DNA of 64,000 nt from Candidatus Nomurabacteria bacterium (GTDB lineage: Bacteria; Patescibacteriota; Minisyncoccia; Phycocordibacterales; UBA918). The translations under genes were made by a program, and so were the position numbers. The notes below the pieces were generated by a model. That model did not search any database and was not told the DNA's origin. It saw only the letters and a program-made list of their open reading frames with translations. Location of the stretch: contig JACKGG010000001.1 in assembly GCA_020632035.1 (NCBI GenBank), positions 152,985 through 216,984 of the forward strand. Reading direction: 5' to 3'. Below, piece by piece: positions 20,709-29,494 of the stretch (positions within the stretch are counted from its first letter, which is position 1; each line of letters begins with the position of its first letter).

Positions 20709-21700
20709 AAAATTTCCATAAGTTTTTTAGCCAACTTATCTGGATCGTGCCTAATTAGGCTTCTTTTAAGCAAATCTCCTTTTGTAGTTTGGACCGATTC
20801 GGTAGCCAGTAAATCTAGCTGGATCAGCTTACAATCTGCTTTATTTTCACCTAATTTAACAGGAAATTCACTATCTTCTCTATATTTTTTTAGCAAATCT
20901 TCAGGGAGTGCCGTGCAATTCACTAGTGTAAAATCTGGGCAACGTCCTATGTACTTAGATATTTCTACAACGTGATCATCCGCTGTCATTCTGTCGGTCT
21001 GACCCAACTTGGTCATCAAGTTACACACATAAACTACTTTGGCTTTTGCATCTCTGATTGCTTCACTGACTCCATCTACTACGCAGTTAGCTAAGACACT
21101 TGTGTATAAATCACCAGGACCCAACACAATCAAATCGGCTTTAGCTAAAGTCTGACTAGCTGAATCAGTGATCTTTGCTCTTGGAGATAGTGATAATTCA
21201 ATAATCCGACTTTCTGCCCGTGAAGCATCGGGTTCGTCGATGGCGTGTTCTCCGACCAGCTCAACTCCATCTTCGTACTTTGCTACCAAGTCGGCTTTAG
21301 CAATGGTAACCGGTTCCACTTTTCCTTCGATACGGAGAATTTTACCTGCGGCTTTGATGGCCAAGTCTTCAGAGCCAAGGATGTCGGTGAGAGCTACCAG
21401 CAGTAGGTTGCCAAAATTGTGCCCAGACAAACCTTCGCCTTTATTAAAACGATACAAAAATAATTCCCGCATCAGCTCTTCGTTTTTGTCGATATCGCTC
21501 GCTAGAGCAGTGAGAGCCATGCGCACATCCCCGACCGGCAAATAACCAAACTCATCACGGAGGCGACCAGTCGAGCCGCCTGAGTCGGCCATAGTAACGA
21601 CCGCTGAGATATCTATCTGTGCCTGATAGTGTTTGAGTCCCCGTAGTACCGTGTGGGTCCCAGTTCCACCTCCTATTACCACTACTTTCTTTTTATCCAT
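20705..21700 (-). CDS. YvcK/CofD-family protein (UPF0052, gluconeogenesis factor / 2-phospho-L-lactate transferase-like)
   Basis: VVVIGGGTGTHTVLRGLK...VVTMADSGGSTGRLRDEFGYLPVGDVR signature of CofD/YvcK family. Confidence 0.65.
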   Translation of the reverse strand: MDKKKVVVIGGGTGTHTVLRGLKHYQAQIDISAVVTMADSGGSTGRLRDEFGYLPVGDVRMALTALASDIDKNEELMRELFLYRFNKGEGLSGHNFGNLLLVALTDILGSEDLAIKAAGKILRIEGKVEPVTIAKADLVAKYEDGVELVGEHAIDEPDASRAESRIIELSLSPRAKITDSASQTLAKADLIVLGPGDLYTSVLANCVVDGVSEAIRDAKAKVVYVCNLMTKLGQTDRMTADDHVVEISKYIGRCPDFTLVNCTALPEDLLKKYREDSEFPVKLGENKADCKLIQLDLLATESVQTTKGDLLKRSLIRHDPDKLAKKLMEIL

Positions 21701-21733
21701 TATGTAAATATAACTTAAGCAAACAAGGCTTGG

Positions 21734-22921
21734 TTACTTAAATAAAGGCTTAAACACTTCATTATCCATCCTCTTGGCAATTAAGTTCCAGTCGTATTTT
21801 TCGATTGCCATGGCTTTGGCCCGAACTACTACTTCTGTTACTTTTTCTGGTCTATTTATTATATCTTCCACCGCTAATTTTATTTGTTCGGGACTATTGG
21901 CATCAACTGCCCAACCAGTAGTCCCTTTATTTGGATTCCTTTTTTCGTCAAAAAGAAAGTCAGCAATACCGCCCTCTTGAGTAGCGATGACTGGTAGACC
22001 TGCAGCCATAGCTTCAATAAAAGATATCCCCTGTCCCTCAGACCGACTTGGACGAATAAAAATATCAGCTCGATGAAGATATGGTGGTAACTTATCAACT
22101 CCTGGATGGGGAGCTAGTTCAACTCGATCAGAAACTTTTAGTGTTTCTGCCAGAGTATGTAGTTTTTCTTTATCGGGCCCAAAACCATAGTTCACAAACC
22201 TAACATTTTTGGGCAAAAGTGGTAGAGCCATTATAACATCATCTAAAGCGTTTTTATTAACTAACCTAGAAGTACTTACCAACACTACATCATGAGTATT
22301 CTTAATCGACTGCTCAGACAGAGACCTAGAAAAAAGAGTGGTGTCTGTCCCATTTGGAATCAATACTATATCTTTGTTGTATCCCATATTTCTAGCCCAT
22401 CTTGCTAAAAAATTTGATAAAACTTGAATCTTATCAGCTGTGGTAAAAGCTTTTTTAAACCAGTTACCAAAAACTCTCATTTTTTTTTCAATATATTCTG
22501 GAGGATCACCCTCTTGAAGATTGAGCACATATTGTACTGAAGGATAGGCTTGTTTAAATCTAGCTGCAGGTACTCCAGTTGAATGTGCCATCATCGCCCA
22601 AATACCATCGAATCTATAAATCTTATGAAGTTTTTTTGCCTTCCCGAAAGAGGTAAATTGATAAAATAATTTATTTAGATGAAGTGGCCACTTGCTTAAA
22701 TCTCCCATGTCCGGGCTCTTGGTAACCAGCCCTATTCTGTGTACAGTCACATTCCCAACCTTTTCCTCTTTTGGCAAAGTGGAATCAAATCTATTACAAA
22801 CTAAATGAAATTCATACTCTTCAGGAGACAACCTGTCCGTAATTTCTTTGATAGCCACCTCTGCCCCGCCAATATGTTTAGGATAATACGCTAAAGAAAA
22901 AATTAGAATTTTCTTTTTCAT
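21734..22921 (-). CDS. Glycosyltransferase family 4
   Basis: EGQGISFIEAMAAGLPVIATQEGGIADF EX7E motif. Confidence 0.65.
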   Translation of the reverse strand: MKKKILIFSLAYYPKHIGGAEVAIKEITDRLSPEEYEFHLVCNRFDSTLPKEEKVGNVTVHRIGLVTKSPDMGDLSKWPLHLNKLFYQFTSFGKAKKLHKIYRFDGIWAMMAHSTGVPAARFKQAYPSVQYVLNLQEGDPPEYIEKKMRVFGNWFKKAFTTADKIQVLSNFLARWARNMGYNKDIVLIPNGTDTTLFSRSLSEQSIKNTHDVVLVSTSRLVNKNALDDVIMALPLLPKNVRFVNYGFGPDKEKLHTLAETLKVSDRVELAPHPGVDKLPPYLHRADIFIRPSRSEGQGISFIEAMAAGLPVIATQEGGIADFLFDEKRNPNKGTTGWAVDANSPEQIKLAVEDIINRPEKVTEVVVRAKAMAIEKYDWNLIAKRMDNEVFKPLFK

Positions 22922-23778
22922 AAATTAAGCGAGTCAATATAATCTTTAAGTTCACGCTTGGGCTTCCAACCTAATTCCAGAGCGGCTCTACGTATATCGA
23001 CTTCAGAATTCATTCTATTACCAGGACGCTCTTCCAACATTTCTATGTTTCCACCAAACATTTCTGCCAACTCCAGAACTGAGTAGGCTTTAGGATTACC
23101 AAGTCCATACTCATCTCCATCACCTTTTTGCCCCGCCAGTAGCAAGCCTTCCACTATATCGTCGACGTGAGTGAAGTTTCTCTTTTGTGTGCCAGGCTTA
23201 CGCACAGTCAGTGCTTCACCATTTTTTACCTTATCGGCAAAGATAGCTATTACTGTACCTGTGTCTGTGTCACCTCTTTCACGCGGGCCATAGACATTAT
23301 AAAAATAAGTGATCGCATAATTTACTCCGTACCAATCGCCGTACCTCTGTACCAGGTTTGTGTTAGAGGATTTGGTCCAGGCATATGGACTCTGGTCCTT
23401 ACCCAGTCCACCATCGGCAAACTTAGTGGAAGACCCGGCGTAAACAAGTTTAGTCTTCATCTTACGAACAAACTCCAAAACAGCCATCGTACCTAGCACA
23501 TTTGAATCTAAAACTTGTTCTATATTATGGAAACTTTGCTCAGCTCTTGCATACTCTCCCAGGTGAAAAACGAGATCTGGTGTTTCGGTAATTAGCGATG
23601 CTATATCTTTTGTGTGGCCCTCTCGGTATTCTGCTCCTTCTACGTGATTTTCTTTTAACCCTGTTGAGTAATTATCTAGAGAAATAACCCTATAACCCTC
23701 TTTTACTAATCTTTCACACAGATGTGAACCAATAAATCCTGCTCCGCCTGTTACTACCGCTAATTTCTGATCTTGCAT
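22918..23778 (-). CDS. NAD-dependent sugar epimerase/dehydratase (SDR family)
   Basis: VVTGGAGFIGSHLCERL Rossmann motif; YAWTKSSNTNL region with YxxxK. Confidence 0.6.
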   Translation of the reverse strand: MQDQKLAVVTGGAGFIGSHLCERLVKEGYRVISLDNYSTGLKENHVEGAEYREGHTKDIASLITETPDLVFHLGEYARAEQSFHNIEQVLDSNVLGTMAVLEFVRKMKTKLVYAGSSTKFADGGLGKDQSPYAWTKSSNTNLVQRYGDWYGVNYAITYFYNVYGPRERGDTDTGTVIAIFADKVKNGEALTVRKPGTQKRNFTHVDDIVEGLLLAGQKGDGDEYGLGNPKAYSVLELAEMFGGNIEMLEERPGNRMNSEVDIRRAALELGWKPKRELKDYIDSLNL

Positions 23779-23801
23779 AATGTATCCAATAGTACCAAAG
23801 T

Positions 23802-25238
23802 TTATCTCTTTTCGTTACTTTTTGGCTTAACGTAGACAGAAACCGTGCCGAGCAGTAAGACTCCGGCCAAAGCTAGGTATGTCCATCTATCGTCTGTATT
23901 TGTTTTTGCAGAAGCGTTGTTGGCGAGCTGTCCAGCCGGACTTATTTCTTCTCTTACCACTTCGACAACATCATCAACTACTTCACTTCCAGCCACTTCT
24001 TTGGGGCCAAGAGATGCAAAACTAAAATTAGAGTCTGGCTGAATGGCTATAGGCCTAGAGACAGAAATAGCGCTTATCTGCGGGACAGGTTTGGAAGCGG
24101 TTGAAGCGACAGTTGGACTATAGGAAAAACTGGTTGGAGCAATTGAACTAAGTAATATGCCTTCGGTATCATAGAGTGTCACCATAGAATTGGGTTTTTT
24201 ATCTAGTCTTGCTTTGGCGATAGTTATGGTTTGGTTGGGTAATATAATTGAACGGGGTGGAAATTCAAAAACACTTCCTCCACGCAATCGATAGTTAGAA
24301 ATATCAATCTCATAAGGGGAATCATTGTTTACCTGCACGTCTCCATTTTTATTTGTTGTCAGTGAAATCGCTACCGGTAAAATGGTTATTTCGTGCCTGG
24401 TGACTTGTTCCTGGCGTTTAAAGCCTGCGTAAGCGGTAACAACGTAAGTACCTGGGTAACTAAAAATATGAGTTGGTTCTTTTTGGTCTGAGGTTAATCC
24501 GTCTCCAAAGTTCCATTCGTACTGGAGTGAATCGATGAGAGTGTCACCGATTCCACTTGGTTTTACTGAAAACGAAATCGGTTGATTTACATAACCCAAA
24601 CTTTGCGCATCGACCACTAATTTTAAGCTTACATCTGGCAGGATGAGTCTGACTGTTTCCGCTGAAGAAGACTTGGTTTTTCTTGTACTTACGGTTGAGG
24701 TTTTCTTAAGGTCTTCTTGGTTTAAGGTTTCAGTGTCATCATCTTCTGATGTATCTTCTTCGACAGTCCAGTTTAAGCCTGCCCCCGGAGTTGGAGCAGC
24801 CGTCACCCACCCACTGCTTGTGTACTGAGCAGTTTCCTTAGTCGCATTATCTCCACCAATACTTTCCCAATCAGTTCCCCCGCTCACTTGGTCCACCAAA
24901 GAGCCGTCGCTCCTTGTTAATCTCAAGGTTGCCCCGGTATTTACTAGAGCTCCGGTATAAACTAAAAAGGCTGTTCCGGGTGCTGAGTCTTCACTTGTGC
25001 GCTCTAGTACGGCGTATGAATTCTGAGAAATAGTTCCCGTTAGATCAATCGATAAATTTACGCCATCACTCAGAGTCCACCCAGAGACATCTTGTGCCGA
25101 TCCATCGTTGTGTAACTCGATCCATTCATGATTGGCAGAAGCGGAAGAACCCATCCAGGCAACCTCGCTGATCGATACCGCTGCTTGGGCAGAATAAGGT
25201 AATAATAAACTAATTAGACTAAGTAAACACCACTTCAT
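23802..25238 (-). CDS. Secreted, C-terminally membrane-anchored protein with lamin-tail (LTD) and PKD domains
   Basis: Signal peptide MKWCLLSLISLLLPYSAQA; LTD-like WIELHNDGSAQDVSGWTLSDG; PKD-like YEWNFGDGLTSDQKEPTHIFSYPGTYVVTAYA; C-terminal TM helix + KPKSNEKR. Confidence 0.6.
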   Translation of the reverse strand: MKWCLLSLISLLLPYSAQAAVSISEVAWMGSSASANHEWIELHNDGSAQDVSGWTLSDGVNLSIDLTGTISQNSYAVLERTSEDSAPGTAFLVYTGALVNTGATLRLTRSDGSLVDQVSGGTDWESIGGDNATKETAQYTSSGWVTAAPTPGAGLNWTVEEDTSEDDDTETLNQEDLKKTSTVSTRKTKSSSAETVRLILPDVSLKLVVDAQSLGYVNQPISFSVKPSGIGDTLIDSLQYEWNFGDGLTSDQKEPTHIFSYPGTYVVTAYAGFKRQEQVTRHEITILPVAISLTTNKNGDVQVNNDSPYEIDISNYRLRGGSVFEFPPRSIILPNQTITIAKARLDKKPNSMVTLYDTEGILLSSIAPTSFSYSPTVASTASKPVPQISAISVSRPIAIQPDSNFSFASLGPKEVAGSEVVDDVVEVVREEISPAGQLANNASAKTNTDDRWTYLALAGVLLLGTVSVYVKPKSNEKR

Positions 25239-25241
25239 AGA

Positions 25242-27425
25242 TCAATTAAACGGTGACCGGTCACTTTCATTTTGCTTAAGCATTCGCTTTATCTCGGCTG
25301 TATTAAAAGTACCTGAGTTACTACTAGAGTTTTGCTGGTTAGAAGCAGAATCAATTTCCGGAGCAGGATGTTTCTTGCGGTGCTCAATTATAATTTTCTT
25401 AATTTCTGATTTTGAATCAGAAATTTCTTGTGTCTGTTGTGTTAAAACTTCTACTGGTTTAACTGGTTGGTTAGCGGGTAGCTGAGATTCTTTTGGTGAT
25501 TCATTTACTGCTCCTGTAGTTGGAGCTGACTTAGAAGCAGACTCCGACACCGGAGGATTAGACTCTTCGACCTGCTTCAGCACATCTGCCAGAGCTTGCT
25601 TTAGGTCAACTGTCTTAGCCGGAACATCCGCTTCTTTTGGTGATTCATTTTGGGGCCTTGGTTTAAATTCCTGTTTTTCTCTTCTGCCAGGAAAAGTCCT
25701 TTCCCCGTCATTTCTCACTAGTCTATCGCTTTGCTTCTGATAATTTTTTCCTTCAGTTTTTAGACCCCTTTCTTCGAATTTGGGTCTATTTTTATTTTCA
25801 CTATTTTCGTTTTGTCTGTTGTTTGTATCAGAATTCGGGTTCGGGTTTCTTTCAACTGGCTTAGAATAATCTGCCACCGGAACTTTCTTGTTTTGGTTGG
25901 GCTCTGATATCTTCGACAAAATATTCCGGAGGTCCTCAGGGGTTTTTTCTACCGGTTTTGGGCGAGGTGTGGACTCTTTAGGCTGGTTACCCCCTTGCCT
26001 TTGCCTCTCCGAAGATGGCCGTGTGTCATTTTGACCCTGACTCCTAGCTCCATCATAATTATTATGTGGCCTTCTATCTCCTCCTTTATTATCAAAAGAT
26101 TTTTTAGAATTTTGTTTTGGTTCTGGGGGCTGTGGAGTATGAAGCTCATCTACGAGTTTGTTAACTTCTTCACGCCTACCAGCATATAACTTTCTACTAG
26201 ATTCAATCACCATATTCCTACAAGAGACAGACGGGGGTTGTACTGGCGGTAGTGTCTGCGCCGAAAAAGGTTGTGAGCCGATACCGTCAATCATTAGTGT
26301 TAGGTAGATCTGGGCAAAGCCGAGGTTTACTAAATCTGCCGCTAAGAATTTAGGTGTAAAAACTGTTTCCAACACTTCCGCATCAAACGGACCGACTCTA
26401 AATGCGACGGTGGTTCCTACGTTTCCAAACACAGCATCTCGTACTTCTTCTTCCATTTGAGCGATGTACTGGTGAGCAATGATTAGATTGAGGTGATACT
26501 TTCTCGCCTCTGACAAAATATTGGCAAAAGTAGCGTTGGCAAAAGACTGGAATTCATCCACATAAAAATAAAAGTTCGGCATTTGCTTCATCTGCTCGAC
26601 TGGCAAGTCGGCTCTGCTCATAGCTGCCAGATAAATACGAGTGGTAAGCATCGAACCAAGCAAGTTGGCGTTGGTTTCCCCGATCAACCCTTTCGACAGG
26701 TTCATGATAACAATCTTCTTATTGTCCATCAGTTCGCGAAAATCAAAACTAGAGTGCGGCTGGCCGATGATATTTCGAATTAGAGGGTTACCGGTGAACT
26801 GGCCAATCTTATTTTGAATAGCAGGCAAGGCATCGGCTGTAAAGCGGTCGGTGTAGTTGGCAAACTCATCAACCCAGAAAGATTTTACCGCTGGATCTTG
26901 GCAGGCTTCGACTACTTTTTTTCGATAAGCCTTATCTGAAAATAATCTATTAACTGAGAGTAAGGTGCTGTCGGGATATTCGATCAAGACCAAGAGGGCG
27001 TTGGTGAGAATATATTCCATTCTGGCACTCCAGGCATCTACCCAAATTTTCTTAAAGGTGGACATGAGACCAGAGACCACCAAGTGTCGCTTGTCTGGAC
27101 CAACATCTTCCATGACATTAAAAGAAATAGGATTCTCTAGATCAAACGGAGCAAAATAAACAACATCTTTGACCCGGTGCTCGGGAACGTAATCTAGTAG
27201 AGTCTCAGCGGCCGAGCCGTGCGGATCGATAAAGGCCACTCCTTCTCCGTTCATGATGTCCTGAGCGGCCATATTCTCAAGCAAAGTAGACTTACCCATA
27301 CCGGTTTTTCCCACAATATACATGTGGCGCTGTCGGTCTTTAGCCTTGATACCAAAAGAAACCCCCTGACCCCTGGCATCAGTTTTGGCAAAAAATGTGA
27401 TCTTTTCCGGATCGAATGCTGTCAT
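25242..27425 (-). CDS. VirD4/TraG/TrwB-like (FtsK-HerA superfamily) ATPase with long disordered C-terminal tail
   Basis: Walker A IVGKTGMGKST, Walker B FYFYVDEFQSF, IIAHQYIAQM motif; about 290-aa low-complexity tail rich in N/Q/P/K/E/R. Confidence 0.5.
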   Translation of the reverse strand: MTAFDPEKITFFAKTDARGQGVSFGIKAKDRQRHMYIVGKTGMGKSTLLENMAAQDIMNGEGVAFIDPHGSAAETLLDYVPEHRVKDVVYFAPFDLENPISFNVMEDVGPDKRHLVVSGLMSTFKKIWVDAWSARMEYILTNALLVLIEYPDSTLLSVNRLFSDKAYRKKVVEACQDPAVKSFWVDEFANYTDRFTADALPAIQNKIGQFTGNPLIRNIIGQPHSSFDFRELMDNKKIVIMNLSKGLIGETNANLLGSMLTTRIYLAAMSRADLPVEQMKQMPNFYFYVDEFQSFANATFANILSEARKYHLNLIIAHQYIAQMEEEVRDAVFGNVGTTVAFRVGPFDAEVLETVFTPKFLAADLVNLGFAQIYLTLMIDGIGSQPFSAQTLPPVQPPSVSCRNMVIESSRKLYAGRREEVNKLVDELHTPQPPEPKQNSKKSFDNKGGDRRPHNNYDGARSQGQNDTRPSSERQRQGGNQPKESTPRPKPVEKTPEDLRNILSKISEPNQNKKVPVADYSKPVERNPNPNSDTNNRQNENSENKNRPKFEERGLKTEGKNYQKQSDRLVRNDGERTFPGRREKQEFKPRPQNESPKEADVPAKTVDLKQALADVLKQVEESNPPVSESASKSAPTTGAVNESPKESQLPANQPVKPVEVLTQQTQEISDSKSEIKKIIIEHRKKHPAPEIDSASNQQNSSSNSGTFNTAEIKRMLKQNESDRSPFN

Positions 27426-27443
27426 GTATTTTTAGTATACCAC

Positions 27444-28949
27444 TTAGTGACTAAAACGATTTGCCACGTAGGATAGTAGTGTGCCTATGTCTTCAGTACG
27501 GTTTTCAGAACCAAGGAGGATAACTACTAGGGTGCGGTCTTTAGTTTGGAATTGTATTTTATGTAGCGAAATAGAAGTCTGGCCGGCAGCAATTGTCTCA
27601 CCGACCTTACCGCCAATAAAACTATCCATATCTTCTGCTCCGTTAAAATTGACCAAACCATCAAACTCTCCACCTACATATACATTAGAGAGAGTTTCAT
27701 TGGCGGTAATGTCAAAAATGAAACGTTTGTTTTTATAAATGTATTTTGTGAGGGTGTATAAATCTTCTATGGAAGAAACATTCTCAGAACTGAGACCAGA
27801 CGGATCAGCGAAATTAGTATTCATCATCCCTAGCTGCCTGGCTTTGGCGTTCATAGCTTCGAGAAATTCTGCTCGACCCACTTCCCCAGCTATGGTCTCG
27901 GCAGCTTCGTTTGAAGATTCGACCAGTAGAAGTTGAAGTAAGCTGTACACAGAAACACTACTTCGTTCAGCCAAACGAGGAATTAGCGACGTCACAAAGG
28001 TCGGTGAGATGACTCGAACTCGCCCGTCTAAGCTTAATTTCTCGGTGGCTACTACCGCTGTCATGAGTTTTACCAGTGAGGCGACCGGTAGCTGTTCTTC
28101 ATAGCCCTTTGAGGCCAAAACGGTTCCGTTGTCTATGTCGGCGACAAAATAGTGCTTAAGATCAAGCTCAGGGATTTGGGTTTCGTAGATAAATTGGTCT
28201 CGAGTTTCCTTGGTGTCTATATGGACCAATACTGGCATGTCTTTCTTCACGTGCTCAAAGAGTTTTTCAGCTGACTCGTCACTCAAGCGAATACCACCTC
28301 CAGCAAAATCTTCCGCGACCAATTCTCCTCCCGGGTAGGTTGGCCAGCCGTGTATTATATAATTTCCTTGAAAGGTGATCTGCCAAGGTAAGAAAACTTG
28401 CCCAGTAGTGGTAAATAATTTTTCGTCCTTCCTTTCTACTTTATAGAGCCCTGAAGGGACACCCCACCTAGAACCAGGGTCTCCGGTCCGCAGGATTTCT
28501 GCGCTCACCAGCAAAACGCCGTTCTCAAAAAATCGTAGTTGTTTTTTAGATATATCGGCCTCAATGAAAGTTAAACCTTCCTCAATAAAAGCGTCGCGCG
28601 TTTCTATGAACAAATTATTTTTTGATAACGAATCCTGGGGGCCGTACTCAAGTGTCGTAGCATTTTTGGTGTAGGGGTCGATTATGGTTACGGTCGGAGC
28701 TGAGGCCAGGTTGGCTTGCGAAACTACGCCGTACCCCGATGTACCAAGAATGATTAGTGCACACAACCCAAAGAAAGACAGGGCTACTCTCTTCGCGGAG
28801 CGAGTAGAGGAGCTTCGTGCATTCAATGGTGTGAAGGTATGTTTTGGGTGCCAATCTCCTTTTCGTGGAATCAAAATTCCTTTGCCATCGACTGGCTGAT
28901 CATCACTATAAGAAAAAAGCTTAACAGATGAATCTGATTTGTCTGACAT
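27444..28949 (-). CDS. Fusion: L,D-transpeptidase-like (YkuD) domain lacking catalytic Cys + D-Ala-D-Ala carboxypeptidase (peptidase S11/PBP5-like)
   Basis: N-terminal TM; YkuD-like IIHGWPT...FAGGGIRL (Gly where Cys is expected); S11 motifs ASLVKL (SxxK), ESSNEAA (SxN), GGKVGET. Confidence 0.5.
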   Translation of the reverse strand: MSDKSDSSVKLFSYSDDQPVDGKGILIPRKGDWHPKHTFTPLNARSSSTRSAKRVALSFFGLCALIILGTSGYGVVSQANLASAPTVTIIDPYTKNATTLEYGPQDSLSKNNLFIETRDAFIEEGLTFIEADISKKQLRFFENGVLLVSAEILRTGDPGSRWGVPSGLYKVERKDEKLFTTTGQVFLPWQITFQGNYIIHGWPTYPGGELVAEDFAGGGIRLSDESAEKLFEHVKKDMPVLVHIDTKETRDQFIYETQIPELDLKHYFVADIDNGTVLASKGYEEQLPVASLVKLMTAVVATEKLSLDGRVRVISPTFVTSLIPRLAERSSVSVYSLLQLLLVESSNEAAETIAGEVGRAEFLEAMNAKARQLGMMNTNFADPSGLSSENVSSIEDLYTLTKYIYKNKRFIFDITANETLSNVYVGGEFDGLVNFNGAEDMDSFIGGKVGETIAAGQTSISLHKIQFQTKDRTLVVILLGSENRTEDIGTLLSYVANRFSH

Positions 28950-29061
28950 ATTTCAATAATACCCTACATCTTAGACTAAAAAGCCATTAGCTCACACATT
29001 AGAAAAGCCCCAGGATAGGGGCTTTTGGTTTAAGTTGATAAACCTTAAACCGGATGGCTCA

Positions 29062-29289
29062 TCAACCATTTTCACGGATGATGACCTCACCTTTTTTTCT
29101 GCGTTCCAGCTCCTTTCTTGCCAGATTAAGGCGTTCCGCCTGACCAGAAATCGGGCCGTTTCGATTGAGCTGATCTATGAGCAGATTTAAGGCATAATTT
29201 GGTGCTTTTTCAATAGATGTACCCTCCTCAACACCAAAGACTGTCCCCGTTACAACTGAAATTTTAGGTTTGGTATCAATCATCTTCAT
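29062..29289 (-). CDS. Hypothetical small protein (75 aa)
   Basis: ORF with strong RBS aaggagg 6 nt upstream of ATG; followed by intrinsic terminator at 29006-29034. Confidence 0.35.
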   Translation of the reverse strand: MKMIDTKPKISVVTGTVFGVEEGTSIEKAPNYALNLLIDQLNRNGPISGQAERLNLARKELERRKKGEVIIRENG

Positions 29290-29494
29290 CCTCCTTCCTT
29301 TGAAATGAGGTATTATTTATACCATATTTAATCTTATTTGCCTAGACTTAACTCGTATCTATCAATATCTACTAGATCTCTTCATAGTTCCGAAGGTCGG
29401 TCCTTCGGAAAGCGAGAGGAGGTCCAACTTCATGAGAGAGTTTCTGTCCCGAGGTCTGACCTCGGGACATGAGGTGCATTCTTCAAGAAGTGGT

